Source: a candidate division WOR-3 bacterium (lineage in GTDB: Bacteria > Hydrothermota > Tepidihabitantia > Tepidihabitantales > Tepidihabitantaceae). From it: 64,000 nt of DNA. Shown piece after piece: positions 52,405-64,000 of this stretch. The stretch is from assembly GCA_965649205.1 (NCBI GenBank), contig CBFGJV010000001.1, positions 93,439 to 157,438 on the forward strand, given 5' to 3'. A program made the translations under genes and the position numbers. Under the pieces are notes generated by a model. That model ran no database searches. It was not told where the DNA came from and saw nothing but the letters and a program-made list of their open reading frames with translations. Position 1 is the stretch's first letter. The number at the start of each line of letters is the position of its first letter.

Positions 52405-53789
52405 GAAGAACTGCGAAAAATGCACTTTTCTTGTTCGCCGGCGAGGTAACTACTCGTCTATTGGGCTTCCTAGTCTCTGCCGTGTTGGCTCGACGTTTGA
52501 CTATGACTGGCTTCGGGCAGGTAGCTTTTGCATTCTCTGTAATGTCATACGGTATCATCCTGACAAAGTTTGGGCTGTTGACAGTCGGCATAAGAGAGGC
52601 AAGTCAAAACCGAAATTTCATCCCTAGTTTGGTCAACAATGTGCTGGCAATGCGGCTGGTTGGGGGATTGATAGCAGCCATGGGCATAGTTATCTTTGCT
52701 ATCAGCTTCCGCCCTGAAATGAAGTGGCTTCTCGTTGTTTCGGCAGCTATAGTAGTACTTCAGGGTTTGCTTTTGGAATGGCTTTTTGTGGCGCTGGAGA
52801 GAATGGAATTCTTGGCAGTAAGTCACGGCTTGGTAAATGCGCTATACTTACTGCTCGTGGCAACGGTCGTCAAAGCGGAGCGGCCTCTTTGGACCGTACC
52901 GGCTGCATACGGTATTGCTACGCTGGCGGCGGTCGTTGTACTCTTTTTTGTGTACACAATAGAATTCCGCCTGCCCCGGTTAAGCTTTGATCCGTCCGTC
53001 TGGCGGAAGCTAACGCTTCAGTCCTGGCCGGTAGGCTTGGCAGACGTGCTGACTCAGTTTTACGTGAATTTCGGAATCGTTGGCATATCTCTCTTACGTT
53101 CTGATTCCGAGGCAGGATTGTATGCCGCGAGTCATCGTCTGGTTTTCTTTCTTCTGATGCTTGATCGCATCTTGCAATCACTGTTTTTACCCCTTGTGAG
53201 TCGCTTCTACGCCATAAAGCGTGACCAACTTGCCGGATTGCTCGGCAGCACCCTGAGAGTAGCCATAAGCCTCAGCCTGCCACTTGCGGTGACGTTTGCT
53301 ATGCTCAGTCAGCCTTTGCTGGTTCTCATCTTCGGCGGCCCCTTTGCCCCCGCATCCCCAGTGCTTTCCATCTTGGTATGGTTTCTCCCCCTTAGTTTAC
53401 TGAGCACGTTGGCCGGGTATCTATTACTGGCCGCAGGCAAGGAGAAAACTTTTCTTGTCAATACTGCTATTGGAGTCTCAATTGCCTTGGCCGTATCAGT
53501 GCCGGGTATTCTCTTTTGGGGCATACCAGCTGCAGCAGTCGCAATGGTGGTCGGTGAAACAGCAATTTTAGCACTGACGATGCGTCACGCGCTACGCGTA
53601 TGCCGACCAGTAATAGAACCGCCCATCTTAGTTCCTTTTCTCGGTAGTATGCTTCTCGCTGCTACTATTCTCATACTTCGGACGTGGAACTGGCTAGCAG
53701 CTGCAGTTATTGCCATGCTTCTTTATCTTGCAGTTTTGTTCGCTGGTAGAGGCCTCACACTATCTGACTTAGGACTGGCAAGGAAATGA
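52401..53789 (+). CDS. Polysaccharide flippase (Wzx)
   Basis: KNALFL...LARRL....FG, EAGLYAA, about 14 TMs. Confidence 0.88.
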   Translation: MRRTAKNALFLFAGEVTTRLLGFLVSAVLARRLTMTGFGQVAFAFSVMSYGIILTKFGLLTVGIREASQNRNFIPSLVNNVLAMRLVGGLIAAMGIVIFAISFRPEMKWLLVVSAAIVVLQGLLLEWLFVALERMEFLAVSHGLVNALYLLLVATVVKAERPLWTVPAAYGIATLAAVVVLFFVYTIEFRLPRLSFDPSVWRKLTLQSWPVGLADVLTQFYVNFGIVGISLLRSDSEAGLYAASHRLVFFLLMLDRILQSLFLPLVSRFYAIKRDQLAGLLGSTLRVAISLSLPLAVTFAMLSQPLLVLIFGGPFAPASPVLSILVWFLPLSLLSTLAGYLLLAAGKEKTFLVNTAIGVSIALAVSVPGILFWGIPAAAVAMVVGETAILALTMRHALRVCRPVIEPPILVPFLGSMLLAATILILRTWNWLAAAVIAMLLYLAVLFAGRGLTLSDLGLARK

Positions 53790-55345
53790 TTGGACTGTGG
53801 GGCGATGATCTCGCCTGGCAGGAGCTGCTGCGGCAGGAAGGTGTCCCCTTCTGTACTAATTGCTATGAAAACATCTCTGCAGCGAATGTACTGATACTGG
53901 ATCGCCCCCCCCGCAGAGAAGAGTTGAAAACGCTCGTCGACTATACAAATAGGGGAGGAGCCTTACTGACTTATGCGGGCAATATCTCTTCTCTTTGGCC
54001 AACAATACGACTTCGCCGCAGGAAACTGCGCTATATGCTGCCCGATGATTCTGGTCTATTTCGGAATGTCGGGATCGTACACCTAACTTTCGCTGGGATA
54101 ATCCCGGAAGGAGCAAACGCGGGACTGACTCCCACGAGCGACAAAGCGGTATTCTATGGTTCGTACGGTAACAGCAAGGTAGTGATTCTGCCTTTCGACC
54201 CAGCACTTGAACTCAGAACCATAGCAAGTGCGATTAGAATTTTCCCAGGCGGAACCCGACGCCCGGTATTCGAAAAAGTGAGCAGGATCAGTCGGGGTGA
54301 AATTAGACGGCTGGTAGCTAATGCCCTGCGGTGGTTATCTTTTGCTCAAGGACTGCCGTATTTTCGCCTATCTTTTTTCCCGGAAGGAAACAGTGCGCTA
54401 GCGGTCAGGGTAGATACCGACGCAAGCAGTCTCTCGTCACTGCAGGTAGCAGCCAAAACCGCCAGAGACAACGGCCTATGTTTTTCATGGTTTGTCCATG
54501 TCCAGGCAGCTGGCCAGCACCTTTCTAAGCTGGTCGAGGACACGTTAAAAGGACAAGACATACAGCTACACTGTTTTTCCCACAATGTATACCCTGATTA
54601 CGAATCCAACTTTCGAGACGTTAGTCAGGGAATCTCTCTACTGAAATCTGTTGGTATTCATCCGACTGGGATTGCCGCCCCCTACGGCAAGTGGAGTGAA
54701 GATTGGAGCCGAGCCGTGGCTGACGCCGGACTAAAATACTCCTCCGAGTTCTCAGTAGATTATGATGACGTGCCCTTTCGACCTATCATTCAAGGGCAAC
54801 CTTCCCGAGTGCTACAGGTCCCCGTGCATCCCATATGCTTGGGCAGGCTATCTGCGGCTAGGGCGACAGCGACCCAGATACTGGCATATTTTCGGTCGGT
54901 CATAGACAGACAAGTGGCAAGACAGGAACCATGCCTCCTCTACGATCATCCAGCCGCAATCGATCGATATGAGGATGTCTGGCGCGAGATCATCTCTTAT
55001 GCACGCAGCAATTGCGATATATGCCTGAGCCTCAGTAGCTATGCCGAATGGTGGCTTAGACGGGAGGTAACGAAATGGCAAGTCCTAGCAGAAACTGACA
55101 GCTGTGAAGTAGCCACGGCAGGACCAAATCCTAGTGTGCAGGTGATCATAGAAAGGGAAGACCGGTGGTCTGCGATAAACCTCGAAACCGGCATCGTAAA
55201 ATATGACCAGCTGATATGGCAGAAAAAAAAAACCGCCTTGTTTCGCTTGTCAGAATTAAGGCGAACCATAAATGTGGGCTTACGCGTCAGATACCAAGAA
55301 GCGTTACGCAGGCTGTGGCAATGCAAACATAAGGAGGACAAGTAG
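53786..55345 (+). CDS. Polysaccharide deacetylase-like (NodB-fold) protein
   Basis: RVDTD, IQLHCFSH, AAPYG, YSS, YDHP motifs. Confidence 0.7.
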   Translation: MIGLWGDDLAWQELLRQEGVPFCTNCYENISAANVLILDRPPRREELKTLVDYTNRGGALLTYAGNISSLWPTIRLRRRKLRYMLPDDSGLFRNVGIVHLTFAGIIPEGANAGLTPTSDKAVFYGSYGNSKVVILPFDPALELRTIASAIRIFPGGTRRPVFEKVSRISRGEIRRLVANALRWLSFAQGLPYFRLSFFPEGNSALAVRVDTDASSLSSLQVAAKTARDNGLCFSWFVHVQAAGQHLSKLVEDTLKGQDIQLHCFSHNVYPDYESNFRDVSQGISLLKSVGIHPTGIAAPYGKWSEDWSRAVADAGLKYSSEFSVDYDDVPFRPIIQGQPSRVLQVPVHPICLGRLSAARATATQILAYFRSVIDRQVARQEPCLLYDHPAAIDRYEDVWREIISYARSNCDICLSLSSYAEWWLRREVTKWQVLAETDSCEVATAGPNPSVQVIIEREDRWSAINLETGIVKYDQLIWQKKKTALFRLSELRRTINVGLRVRYQEALRRLWQCKHKEDK

Positions 55346-55347
55346 TT

Positions 55348-56385
55348 ATGCGTATTATGTTCGGAACTTTCTCAGCAGCGACAATACTCGGGGGTGGGAT
55401 TCGTGTGCAGATACAATCTCTAGCTCGTGAGCTCCGGAATCGTGGTGTAGAAGTTGAACTTTTCGACCCCTGGAAACAATACGACCTAAGGCAGTTTGAC
55501 CTATTCCACCTTTTCGGTGCCCATGTAGGTACGTATCACTTAGGTCGGGCGGTGAAGTCGCTGGGAATGAGGCTGGTCGTCAGTCCGGTTTTCTTCAGTC
55601 GACACCCGGCCAGGCGCGTGGCTGCACTGGTGGCTGTGGCAAGAAGGCTACGAAAGAAAGGCGGATTCTGGACTGAGCACATGTTTTGCAAAGAGCTGTG
55701 TGACATGGCCGACTTGGTGATGCCGAATACACGGGCAGAGGCTAATCTTATAATACAGGCCTTCGGCGTAAAGCCGGAACGGATTACTGTTCTACCAAAC
55801 GGGGTTGACGAAAGATTTTACTATGCCAAGCCGGACGAATTCATCGCCAAGTTCGGCCTACGCGATTTTGTTCTCTATGTAGGCCACATTGGATGGGGGA
55901 GGAAGAATGTGATTGCCTTATTGAGGGCTGCACGTGGCTTGAACAAACCCCTAGTGTTGATTGGCGAAATTATTGCCAATGAATACGGCAGGCAATGCCA
56001 GAGTCTAATTGACCAACTCGGAAACACGGTGCACATTCCGGCTCTACCACCTGATTCATCATTGTTGAGCTCAGCGTACGCAGCTTGCGATACCTTTGTG
56101 CTTCCCTCGCATTTTGAGACACCCGGGCTATCAGCGCTCGAGGCGGGCCTTGCCGGTGCCAAGATCTGTATCACCAGATACGGAGGTACAGATGAATACT
56201 TTGGAGAAAATGCTATTTATCTTGAGCCAAACTCCGAGGCATCCATAAGGACTGCCTTGAGAACGGCACTGGCACTCCCGAAAACCGAAAGCCTACGCGA
56301 ACACATATGCCGCAACTTTCTGTGGAGAGAGGCGGCGAGAATTCTCGAATCCGCTTATCTGCAATTTCTATCAGCTACGACCTAG
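55348..56385 (+). CDS. GT4 glycosyltransferase
   Basis: PNGVD, RKN, LPSHFETPGLSALEA. Confidence 0.9.
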   Translation: MRIMFGTFSAATILGGGIRVQIQSLARELRNRGVEVELFDPWKQYDLRQFDLFHLFGAHVGTYHLGRAVKSLGMRLVVSPVFFSRHPARRVAALVAVARRLRKKGGFWTEHMFCKELCDMADLVMPNTRAEANLIIQAFGVKPERITVLPNGVDERFYYAKPDEFIAKFGLRDFVLYVGHIGWGRKNVIALLRAARGLNKPLVLIGEIIANEYGRQCQSLIDQLGNTVHIPALPPDSSLLSSAYAACDTFVLPSHFETPGLSALEAGLAGAKICITRYGGTDEYFGENAIYLEPNSEASIRTALRTALALPKTESLREHICRNFLWREAARILESAYLQFLSATT

Positions 56386-56439
56386 GTACCGAACCGGCCC
56401 CTAGTTTACATAATGGGCATTATCAGAAACGAAACAGGT

Positions 56440-56799
56440 CTAGAACTTAAACCAGTCTGCGGCCAGCTTTCCCAGTACGGGCATCGTCCAAAGTTTACCA
56501 CTGGCAGCGTTTATGATGCCCATTATACTCATAACTAACGAGTAGATGTATACCACCGCTAGAAAAAACCAGCCGATGAAGGGTATCCAACCTACTATCC
56601 AGACTGCAAAAACCAGTATAGTTAGAATTATGCCCTGCTTAACGTGAAACTTGCAGAAGGCGTTGTCCTTCATTGCCAAAAGCGGGACTAACCAAAGTAT
56701 GCCGAGATAGGAAAGCCACGCAAGTCCTTTGCCCCTTTCAACGTCATTAGTAGACTCCCCGCTGTTTGGAAGTTCTTGGTCATTCTTCGTCTCATCCAT
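56440..56799 (-). CDS. DUF4870/Tic20-like membrane protein
   Basis: LAWLSYLG.L.LVPL...F.KFH.KQG...GIINA..G....P; ATG 56799 after GAGGAGG. Confidence 0.8.
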   Translation of the reverse strand: MDETKNDQELPNSGESTNDVERGKGLAWLSYLGILWLVPLLAMKDNAFCKFHVKQGIILTILVFAVWIVGWIPFIGWFFLAVVYIYSLVMSIMGIINAASGKLWTMPVLGKLAADWFKF

Positions 56800-56821
56800 T
56801 TTTACCTCCTCGAGCCAAGTT

Positions 56822-57250
56822 TCAAGAACCGCCTCCGGACTCTGACCCTCCAACCCGTTCCGCATAAACCCCAAGGACCGGCAAACGCCAAGGATTTTTC
56901 ATCGCTGCCTGAACAATTCCCATTATCATCAAAATGAAGTAGCCAATCGAAACAACCGCACCAAACAGATGGTGCACGAGCCAGGCCAGTGCACGGAAAA
57001 AGTAGCCCAGAACGAATATGCTCCCCATAATTCGCCCGAGTACTACGTCGAGGATCCAGATAACGATCCAAGAGAGAATGAAGGCGACGAAAAGGATTAA
57101 ACTTTGTAACCCGTGGAGACGACAGAATCTGTCATCTTTCCCTCCGAGGAGCGGCAGGAAAAACAAGACCGGCAGGTAGCCCAACGCGGCCAAGACGTTG
57201 TTGCCCGTGTGCGGGGTGGAGTCTGTTCGATCAGATTGTTCTGTACCCAT
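56822..57250 (-). CDS. DUF4870/Tic20-like membrane protein (paralog)
   Basis: LAALGYL...F.RLHGLQS...GIVQA...W.LPVLG. Confidence 0.78.
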   Translation of the reverse strand: MGTEQSDRTDSTPHTGNNVLAALGYLPVLFFLPLLGGKDDRFCRLHGLQSLILFVAFILSWIVIWILDVVLGRIMGSIFVLGYFFRALAWLVHHLFGAVVSIGYFILMIMGIVQAAMKNPWRLPVLGVYAERVGGSESGGGS

Positions 57251-57319
57251 CGTCGTCAGCCGAGTATATTGACCCCCACGGCGCTGTCAAGCGTAAGATA
57301 AAGAAATTTAGGCAAGTAA

Positions 57320-58597
<1,278 letters not shown>

Positions 58598-59791
58598 TTA
58601 TCGAAAAGCTGCCTGCAACTTCCCAACCATGTCAGTCTTTTCCCATGTAAATGTTTCGCTAGTTAAGTGCTTAGACGACCTGATCCTAGTAGGATTCCTG
58701 CCAAAGTGACCATAAACCGCAGTTGGTAAGTAAATTGGGTTCAACAACTTCAGATGACGTATCATATCCCGGGGACGGAGAGGAAACAATTCGCGTATCA
58801 CGCGTTCCAGCCTTTTTTCGTCCACCTGAGAAGTTCCAAAGGTATCCAGTGATACATCCGTTGGATCGGCCCTGCCTATAACGTAAGCAAGACGAACTTC
58901 AATACGTTCGCAAATACCTGCGGCCACACAGTTCTTGGCAATATAACGGGCCATATAGGTGGCTGAGCGGTCGACTTTGGTCGGGTCTTTCCCGGAAAAA
59001 GCCCCGCCGCCGTGTCTGCAGGCTCCACCGTATGTATCTACTATTATCTTGCGGCCGGTCATACCCGTGTCTGAACGTGGTCCGCCAATCACAAATTTGC
59101 CGGTTTCATTCACAAAGAATCTGGTTCGCTTGTCTAGCAGGTTAGATGGAATCGCCTGTCTAGCCACCAGGTCTATTATCTCCCCCCTAGCCTTTGTCGT
59201 GATACTCCGCCCCGTACGGTCAAGAATACTGGTATCATGTTGAGCCGCAATCACTACACTGTCAACACGTACGGGCCTGCCATTTTCATATTCAACCGTA
59301 ACTTGGGACTTGCCGTCAGGGCGCAAATAGGGCAATATGCCGTTCTTACGAACCTCTGCAAGCCTACGAGCCACCCGATGCGCCAACACTATAGGCAACG
59401 GCATTAATTCTTCCGTCTCTCTGCAAGCGTAACCAAACATTACCCCCTGATCACCGGCACCACCCCTGTCTACACCTTGAGCTATGTTGGGCGACTGCGT
59501 CCCGATGGCGTCCAGTACTGCACAACTGTCGGCACTAATGCCGGTTTCGGCGTCAACGTAGCCTATTCCCCGTAAAATGTTTCTCACAAGGGAAGGTAAG
59601 TCTACCCAACACTTAGTAGTTATCTCCCCGCCAACCAAGACCATTCCTACTGTGACATAGGTTTCGCAGGCCACTCGTCCATCCGGGTCCTGCCGCAGAA
59701 CTTCATCCAAGACCGCGTCAGAGATCTGATCACACACCTTGTCAGGGTGGCCTTCAGTCACCGATTCAGACGTAAATCTAGTTCTGCTCAA
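58598..59791 (-). CDS. metK: S-adenosylmethionine synthetase
   Basis: [28 protein letters not shown]. Confidence 0.97.
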   Translation of the reverse strand: MSRTRFTSESVTEGHPDKVCDQISDAVLDEVLRQDPDGRVACETYVTVGMVLVGGEITTKCWVDLPSLVRNILRGIGYVDAETGISADSCAVLDAIGTQSPNIAQGVDRGGAGDQGVMFGYACRETEELMPLPIVLAHRVARRLAEVRKNGILPYLRPDGKSQVTVEYENGRPVRVDSVVIAAQHDTSILDRTGRSITTKARGEIIDLVARQAIPSNLLDKRTRFFVNETGKFVIGGPRSDTGMTGRKIIVDTYGGACRHGGGAFSGKDPTKVDRSATYMARYIAKNCVAAGICERIEVRLAYVIGRADPTDVSLDTFGTSQVDEKRLERVIRELFPLRPRDMIRHLKLLNPIYLPTAVYGHFGRNPTRIRSSKHLTSETFTWEKTDMVGKLQAAFR

Positions 59792-59816
59792 ACTGTACCT
59801 CCATTATTTGAAATGC

Positions 59817-60290
59817 TTAACCACGTAACCTTTGTTTTCCTTCTGCCTGCATTGTGCATCGCCAGTATGGTTTCCTCAGGTTACACAAAACCAGTTTCCT
59901 CATCATAATTCTATCACTAGGCAGTAAGTTAAATCTAATACCTAAAGCCTTTTCAACCTGAACCAGCAAACCTTTCCTTCTGACGAGGACCTTAGTTTCA
60001 CAGAGAAAGGTTCCACTCGGCACACAAACAGCATATGATGACGGAGGCCGCCCCGTTTATTGTATACCAGCTCATCGACAATTCCGCACAATCTGCGAAA
60101 ACGAGTCTGTAATCCCGTCTCCTCCGGTACTTCTCGAACTACAGCCTGTTCTAAGCGCTCCCCCGGCCACATTTTACCGCCGGGAAGAGCCCAGTAGCCG
60201 GCGAAAGGCATTCTTCGTCGTTTCAAGAGCAAAACAAATAAACAAATCCTTTCTGCAGCACCGCTGCTGCTACCGTAACTGGGACACACC
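59817..60290 (-). pseudogene. NUDIX hydrolase pseudogene (two frameshifts)
   Basis: WALPGG...GE.LEQAVVREV.EETGL Nudix box; N-terminal strand VPVTVAAAVLQKG and C-terminal LLPSD.IMM lie in other frames; 8-bp duplication at 60232-60247. Confidence 0.75.
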
Positions 60291-60567
60291 GCCAGTCGCG
60301 CTCGCTTTATTTAGAAAGCAAATCATAGTGCAAATGCCTTATCAGTCAACAATAACCACCACAGAAAGAACCATTTGCCCAAGAGTGTTCAATTGCCACA
60401 ATCTTGGGTATCGAAACCACCCGAGCTGCCCCCGACAAATAAGGCTACTCCGCCTAGAAATCACTGGAACACAAGAAAAATCTCTCAGGACTCACGCAGG
60501 ATTAGCGAGTTGTAGCGCTGATTTCTCATACCACATAGTTGAGGAACGAGTTAAGCTAAGGAGGTAG

Positions 60568-61608
60568 TCAGGCTTTCGGTCCTATGCGAAGAACTTTGGC
60601 TCCCCGAATACGTTGATGCTTTAAGTCAAACAGAGCGCGGTTAGCGTCTTCTAGCCGATATTCTTGAACCTCGGGCCGAATAGGGATTTCTGCCGCCGTC
60701 GTCAAAAACTCCGAGATATCTTGGCGCGTAACGTTGGCCACGCTCTTCACTTCCTTCTCCATCCATAGATGCTTGGCATAATCAAGCTCTAGCAAAATCT
60801 GCTTGTCTACACTTTCCTTCCGAATAGCATTCACTACCAATCTGCCAGCCGGCTTTAATACCGCCAAAGCAGATAAAAGCGGCTTCCAAGCCGGTGTTGT
60901 ATCTATCACCGCGTCAAGCTCTACGCCTGGGTTTTCCTCTATATCACCCGCCCAAACAGCACCCAGGCTAATAGCGAATTCTTGCTCTTCCTTGCGCCTA
61001 GCGAATACATACACCTTTATATTAGGATATTTGTGCGTCACTAGCTTCAGCACCAAGTGTCCTGACGCTCCGAAGCCTGTAAGTCCCAGACGCCGGACGC
61101 TGCCAGCCAATCGCAGCGAGCGATATCCAATAGCCCCTGCGCATAGTAGCGGTGCAGCTTCAACATCCGGGAATACATCCGGGACAGGATAGGCGAACTT
61201 CTCAGGCACAGTCATATACTCAGCGTATCCCCCATTCGCATCTCTACCCGTAGCTCTAAACTCCGGACACAAGTTCTCTTGGCCACATTCACAGAACTCA
61301 CAGCTCCCGCAGGCTGAAAATATCCAACCAACACCTACCCGTTCTCCTATTCTGAACCTGCGTGCCGCACTGCCTAATTTTACTACCCGGCCTACCACCT
61401 GATGACCCAAGACAACAGGCAACAATGGCGGGGGTGTACGGCCTTCTATTTCATCTAACTCAGTATGACATACACCGCAAGCGGAAACCTGTACAAGTAT
61501 CTCCTCAGGGGCAGGTGAAGGGATAGGTAGCTCCTGTAAAACAAGAGGAAACTGGGTCCAATCGGAACTGACATGTTGCTGTAGCACCATTGCCTTCATT
61601 GTCCTCAT
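60568..61608 (-). CDS. Zinc-binding alcohol dehydrogenase family protein
   Basis: CGVCHT, GHQVVG, C..C..C.......C, APLLCAG, GFGASG. Confidence 0.92.
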   Translation of the reverse strand: MRTMKAMVLQQHVSSDWTQFPLVLQELPIPSPAPEEILVQVSACGVCHTELDEIEGRTPPPLLPVVLGHQVVGRVVKLGSAARRFRIGERVGVGWIFSACGSCEFCECGQENLCPEFRATGRDANGGYAEYMTVPEKFAYPVPDVFPDVEAAPLLCAGAIGYRSLRLAGSVRRLGLTGFGASGHLVLKLVTHKYPNIKVYVFARRKEEQEFAISLGAVWAGDIEENPGVELDAVIDTTPAWKPLLSALAVLKPAGRLVVNAIRKESVDKQILLELDYAKHLWMEKEVKSVANVTRQDISEFLTTAAEIPIRPEVQEYRLEDANRALFDLKHQRIRGAKVLRIGPKA

Positions 61609-61702
61609 CGTTATTTAGCATACACCTGCCTGGGTTCACTTCAAGCCTTATCCTTAGGGCGAAAAGTTGACACTATCGTTGTTGCCGCTAGTATGACAGC
61701 CT

Positions 61703-63142
61703 ATGAAAGCAGATGGAATGGTAAAACAGATTCCCCCGAAATCTACCCATTTCTCAGATTGGTACACAGACGTAATCCTCAAGGCTGAATTGGCCGATTA
61801 CGCACCGGTGCGAGGTTGTATGGTCATCCGTCCCTACGGCTACGCCCTGTGGGAGAACATGCAGCAGCGCTTGGATTCTCGCCTCAAAGCTACCGGCCAC
61901 GTCAATGCCTATTTCCCAGCCTTGATTCCGGAAAGCTTTTTCGTAAAGGAAGCCGAACACGTAAAAGGATTCTCTCCTCAGGTCGCTTGGGTAACGCATG
62001 GCGGGGACGAGAAGCTAAGCGAAAGACTTGCTTTGCGACCTACCAGCGAAGCCATCATCAATACAATGTACGCCAAGTGGGTAAAAAGCTACAGAGACCT
62101 GCCTGTACTCATTAATCAATGGTGCAACATATTCCGATGGGAAAAGTCGACCCGGCTTTTTCTGCGTACGCTTGAGTTTCTCTGGCAGGAAGGCCATACA
62201 TTACACCGCACGCGCGAGGAGGCAGAGAAGGAAGTACTTCTGATACTGGACCTATATGTGGACTTCTGCGAAAACGACTTAGCCCTTCCTGTAACCCCAG
62301 GACTTAAACCCGAAAGCGAAAAGTTCCCCGGTGCTGTTGACACCTATTCCATAGAGGCATTGATGCCTGATGGTCAAGCGTTGCAGGCCGGAACTTCACA
62401 CCTGTTGGGTCAGCATTTTGCTGAGGCCTTTGACATACGTTTTCTGGACGAGGACAATACCGAAAAACGCCCTTGGGGTACGTCTTGGGGAGTTACTACT
62501 CGTCTCATAGGAGCTTTAATTATGACGCACGGTGACGACAAAGGCATGTTCATGCCCCCTATTGTTGCACCTTATCAGGCAGTAATCGTGCCCATTCTTT
62601 TTGGTAAAAACGACGAAGCAGTTCTACGTCGCTGTTGGGAGATAAAGGATTTGCTAAGTGAGTTCCGCGTCCTGGTCGATGACTCGCCCCATCAAACTGC
62701 TGGCTGGAAATTCAACGAGTATGAAATGCGCGGAGTACCGGTGAGAATAGAGATTGGACCGCAAGATATACAGAAGGGACAGATAGTACTTGCACCCAGG
62801 GACGGTTCCGGAAGAAGGTTTGTACCAACAGCTTCCGCTCCCGCAGAACTGCGCCACCTCCTAGAAGATATCCAAAAGAAAATGCTGGCGCGCGCAAGAG
62901 CTTTTGTCACCAGCCACACTTCCAGTGCGGCGACGATTGAGGAATTCCGAGCTAATCTTGCAGCTCGACCTGGTTACATCCGAGTACACTGGTGCCGCGC
63001 CCAAGCATGTGAGAATACCCTCATAGATGCCACCAAAACCACACCTAGAAATATGCCGCGATATGAGCAAGGAATTAAAGGCAAGTGCATAGTCTGCGGT
63101 CGAGAAACCGACACCGTCATTTACTACGCACGAACTTACTAA
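61703..63142 (+). CDS. proS: Prolyl-tRNA synthetase (archaeal/eukaryotic-like type)
   Basis: RPTSE, QWCN..RWE, EFLWQEGH, QAGTSH.LGQ, C-terminal Zn-binding cysteines ending ARTY. Confidence 0.96.
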   Translation: MKADGMVKQIPPKSTHFSDWYTDVILKAELADYAPVRGCMVIRPYGYALWENMQQRLDSRLKATGHVNAYFPALIPESFFVKEAEHVKGFSPQVAWVTHGGDEKLSERLALRPTSEAIINTMYAKWVKSYRDLPVLINQWCNIFRWEKSTRLFLRTLEFLWQEGHTLHRTREEAEKEVLLILDLYVDFCENDLALPVTPGLKPESEKFPGAVDTYSIEALMPDGQALQAGTSHLLGQHFAEAFDIRFLDEDNTEKRPWGTSWGVTTRLIGALIMTHGDDKGMFMPPIVAPYQAVIVPILFGKNDEAVLRRCWEIKDLLSEFRVLVDDSPHQTAGWKFNEYEMRGVPVRIEIGPQDIQKGQIVLAPRDGSGRRFVPTASAPAELRHLLEDIQKKMLARARAFVTSHTSSAATIEEFRANLAARPGYIRVHWCRAQACENTLIDATKTTPRNMPRYEQGIKGKCIVCGRETDTVIYYARTY

Positions 63143-63515
63143 TTGGTGTAGTTGTGACGCAACTTTCTGTAAATTCCTAGTCCTTTCTAGTTTCTCTTAA
63201 CTAATCTGAGTTCGAAGTTTTTTTCGCACCTGTCTGCCTGTCAATTGATTTTTGACCCAATGCATTTCAATTTTGCGTTTCGCGGTGTGAAACCCGTTTC
63301 TTTACCTGCCAGGTTTCTAACCGAAGCTTACCAAATCAAATTTGCTCTTCTTGAGTTCCTTGCGGACTACAACCGCTGACAGGATCTGTTTGGGACGGAA
63401 TACCTGCAGCAGACTTGTCCGCACGAAAACATAAGGAAATTGATGCCGACGCTTGCTTACACTGATGCCACCCGGATTGCCAACTGCTTTTCTTTGTGCC
63501 AAGAGGCGGTGTTTT

Positions 63516-64000
63516 CTAAAAACCTAACTGCAGCTGAAGGAGCACCTTATAGCTAGTATAGTCTAATTCAACACCAGGGGCACCTTGACGGCGGTAGTCA
63601 AAATCAAACATAACCTTCAGGTCGTCTTCCCGCACAAGAAAGTTTATTCCAGCCGTAGCGCCTATGTTCCTTATGCTTCCAGGAGCAAAACTAGCCTGCA
63701 GACGCCCGACTGGTTCAAGCAAACGATTCAACCTGCGAGAGGTCTGTACGTAAAAAGACGTTTCTACATTCGACTGCTGAACTTCCCCAGCTAAGCACCA
63801 AAAATTTTGCAGAAAGGAAAATTCGAGCGCGCGGTTCCAAAAGTATGAACCCTCTGTTCCGGTCCTACCGCAGTAACCTCGAGCTGCCAGCACTAATCCA
63901 ACAGAGTCCCATCCTAGAAAAGCCAAGCGGGCACAAAAATCCTTCCAGCGGTTGTCGTCCTGCAGCCAGGCCCCTCTTCCATTACCGTTGAGTATGGCTA
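63516..64000 (-). CDS. Partial outer-membrane beta-barrel (porin O/P-like), 3' end
   Basis: Frame open to window end; ILNGNG...DDN.WKD..AR, amphipathic strands, terminal LQLQLGF. Confidence 0.6.
   Translation of the reverse strand, partial: AILNGNGRGAWLQDDNRWKDFCARLAFLGWDSVGLVLAARGYCGRTGTEGSYFWNRALEFSFLQNFWCLAGEVQQSNVETSFYVQTSRRLNRLLEPVGRLQASFAPGSIRNIGATAGINFLVREDDLKVMFDFDYRRQGAPGVELDYTSYKVLLQLQLGF

Noticed and set aside
59792..60567. SAM riboswitch upstream of metK, or glycine riboswitch at CTCTCAGG (~60482)
   Set aside because: No SAM-I core seen; the partner GGAGA/CCGAAG glycine-aptamer motifs are absent
63317..63502. 61-aa ORF downstream of the porin gene
   Set aside because: No clear RBS or recognisable motif; cannot be supported

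Overview
64 kb of mostly housekeeping, densely packed bacterial chromosome. It contains aminoacyl-tRNA synthetases (cysS, asnS, archaeal-type proS), pyrK/D/F/E, guaB, metK-ahcY, ftsEX-envC-holB, an addAB-like pair, tldDE, rmuC, ugd/uxs, a Wzx polysaccharide cluster, an acs-MFS-malic enzyme operon, a gingipain-like C25 protease with a T9SS-like tail, and five tRNAs without encoded CCA. The gene style resembles candidate phylum WOR-3 or FCB-related organisms (inference only). No CRISPR array, IS, integrase or prophage was seen. The most notable items are: (1) an 864-aa PAS-only protein with three exactly 121-aa repeats and no output domain, between the acs operon and a zinc-dependent deacetylase; (2) a ~180-nt 6S-like structured intergenic RNA candidate; (3) a structured acs 5' leader; (4) repeated leaderless promoter architecture; (5) two small genes below the ORF-track cutoff; (6) two frameshifted genes with visible lesions.
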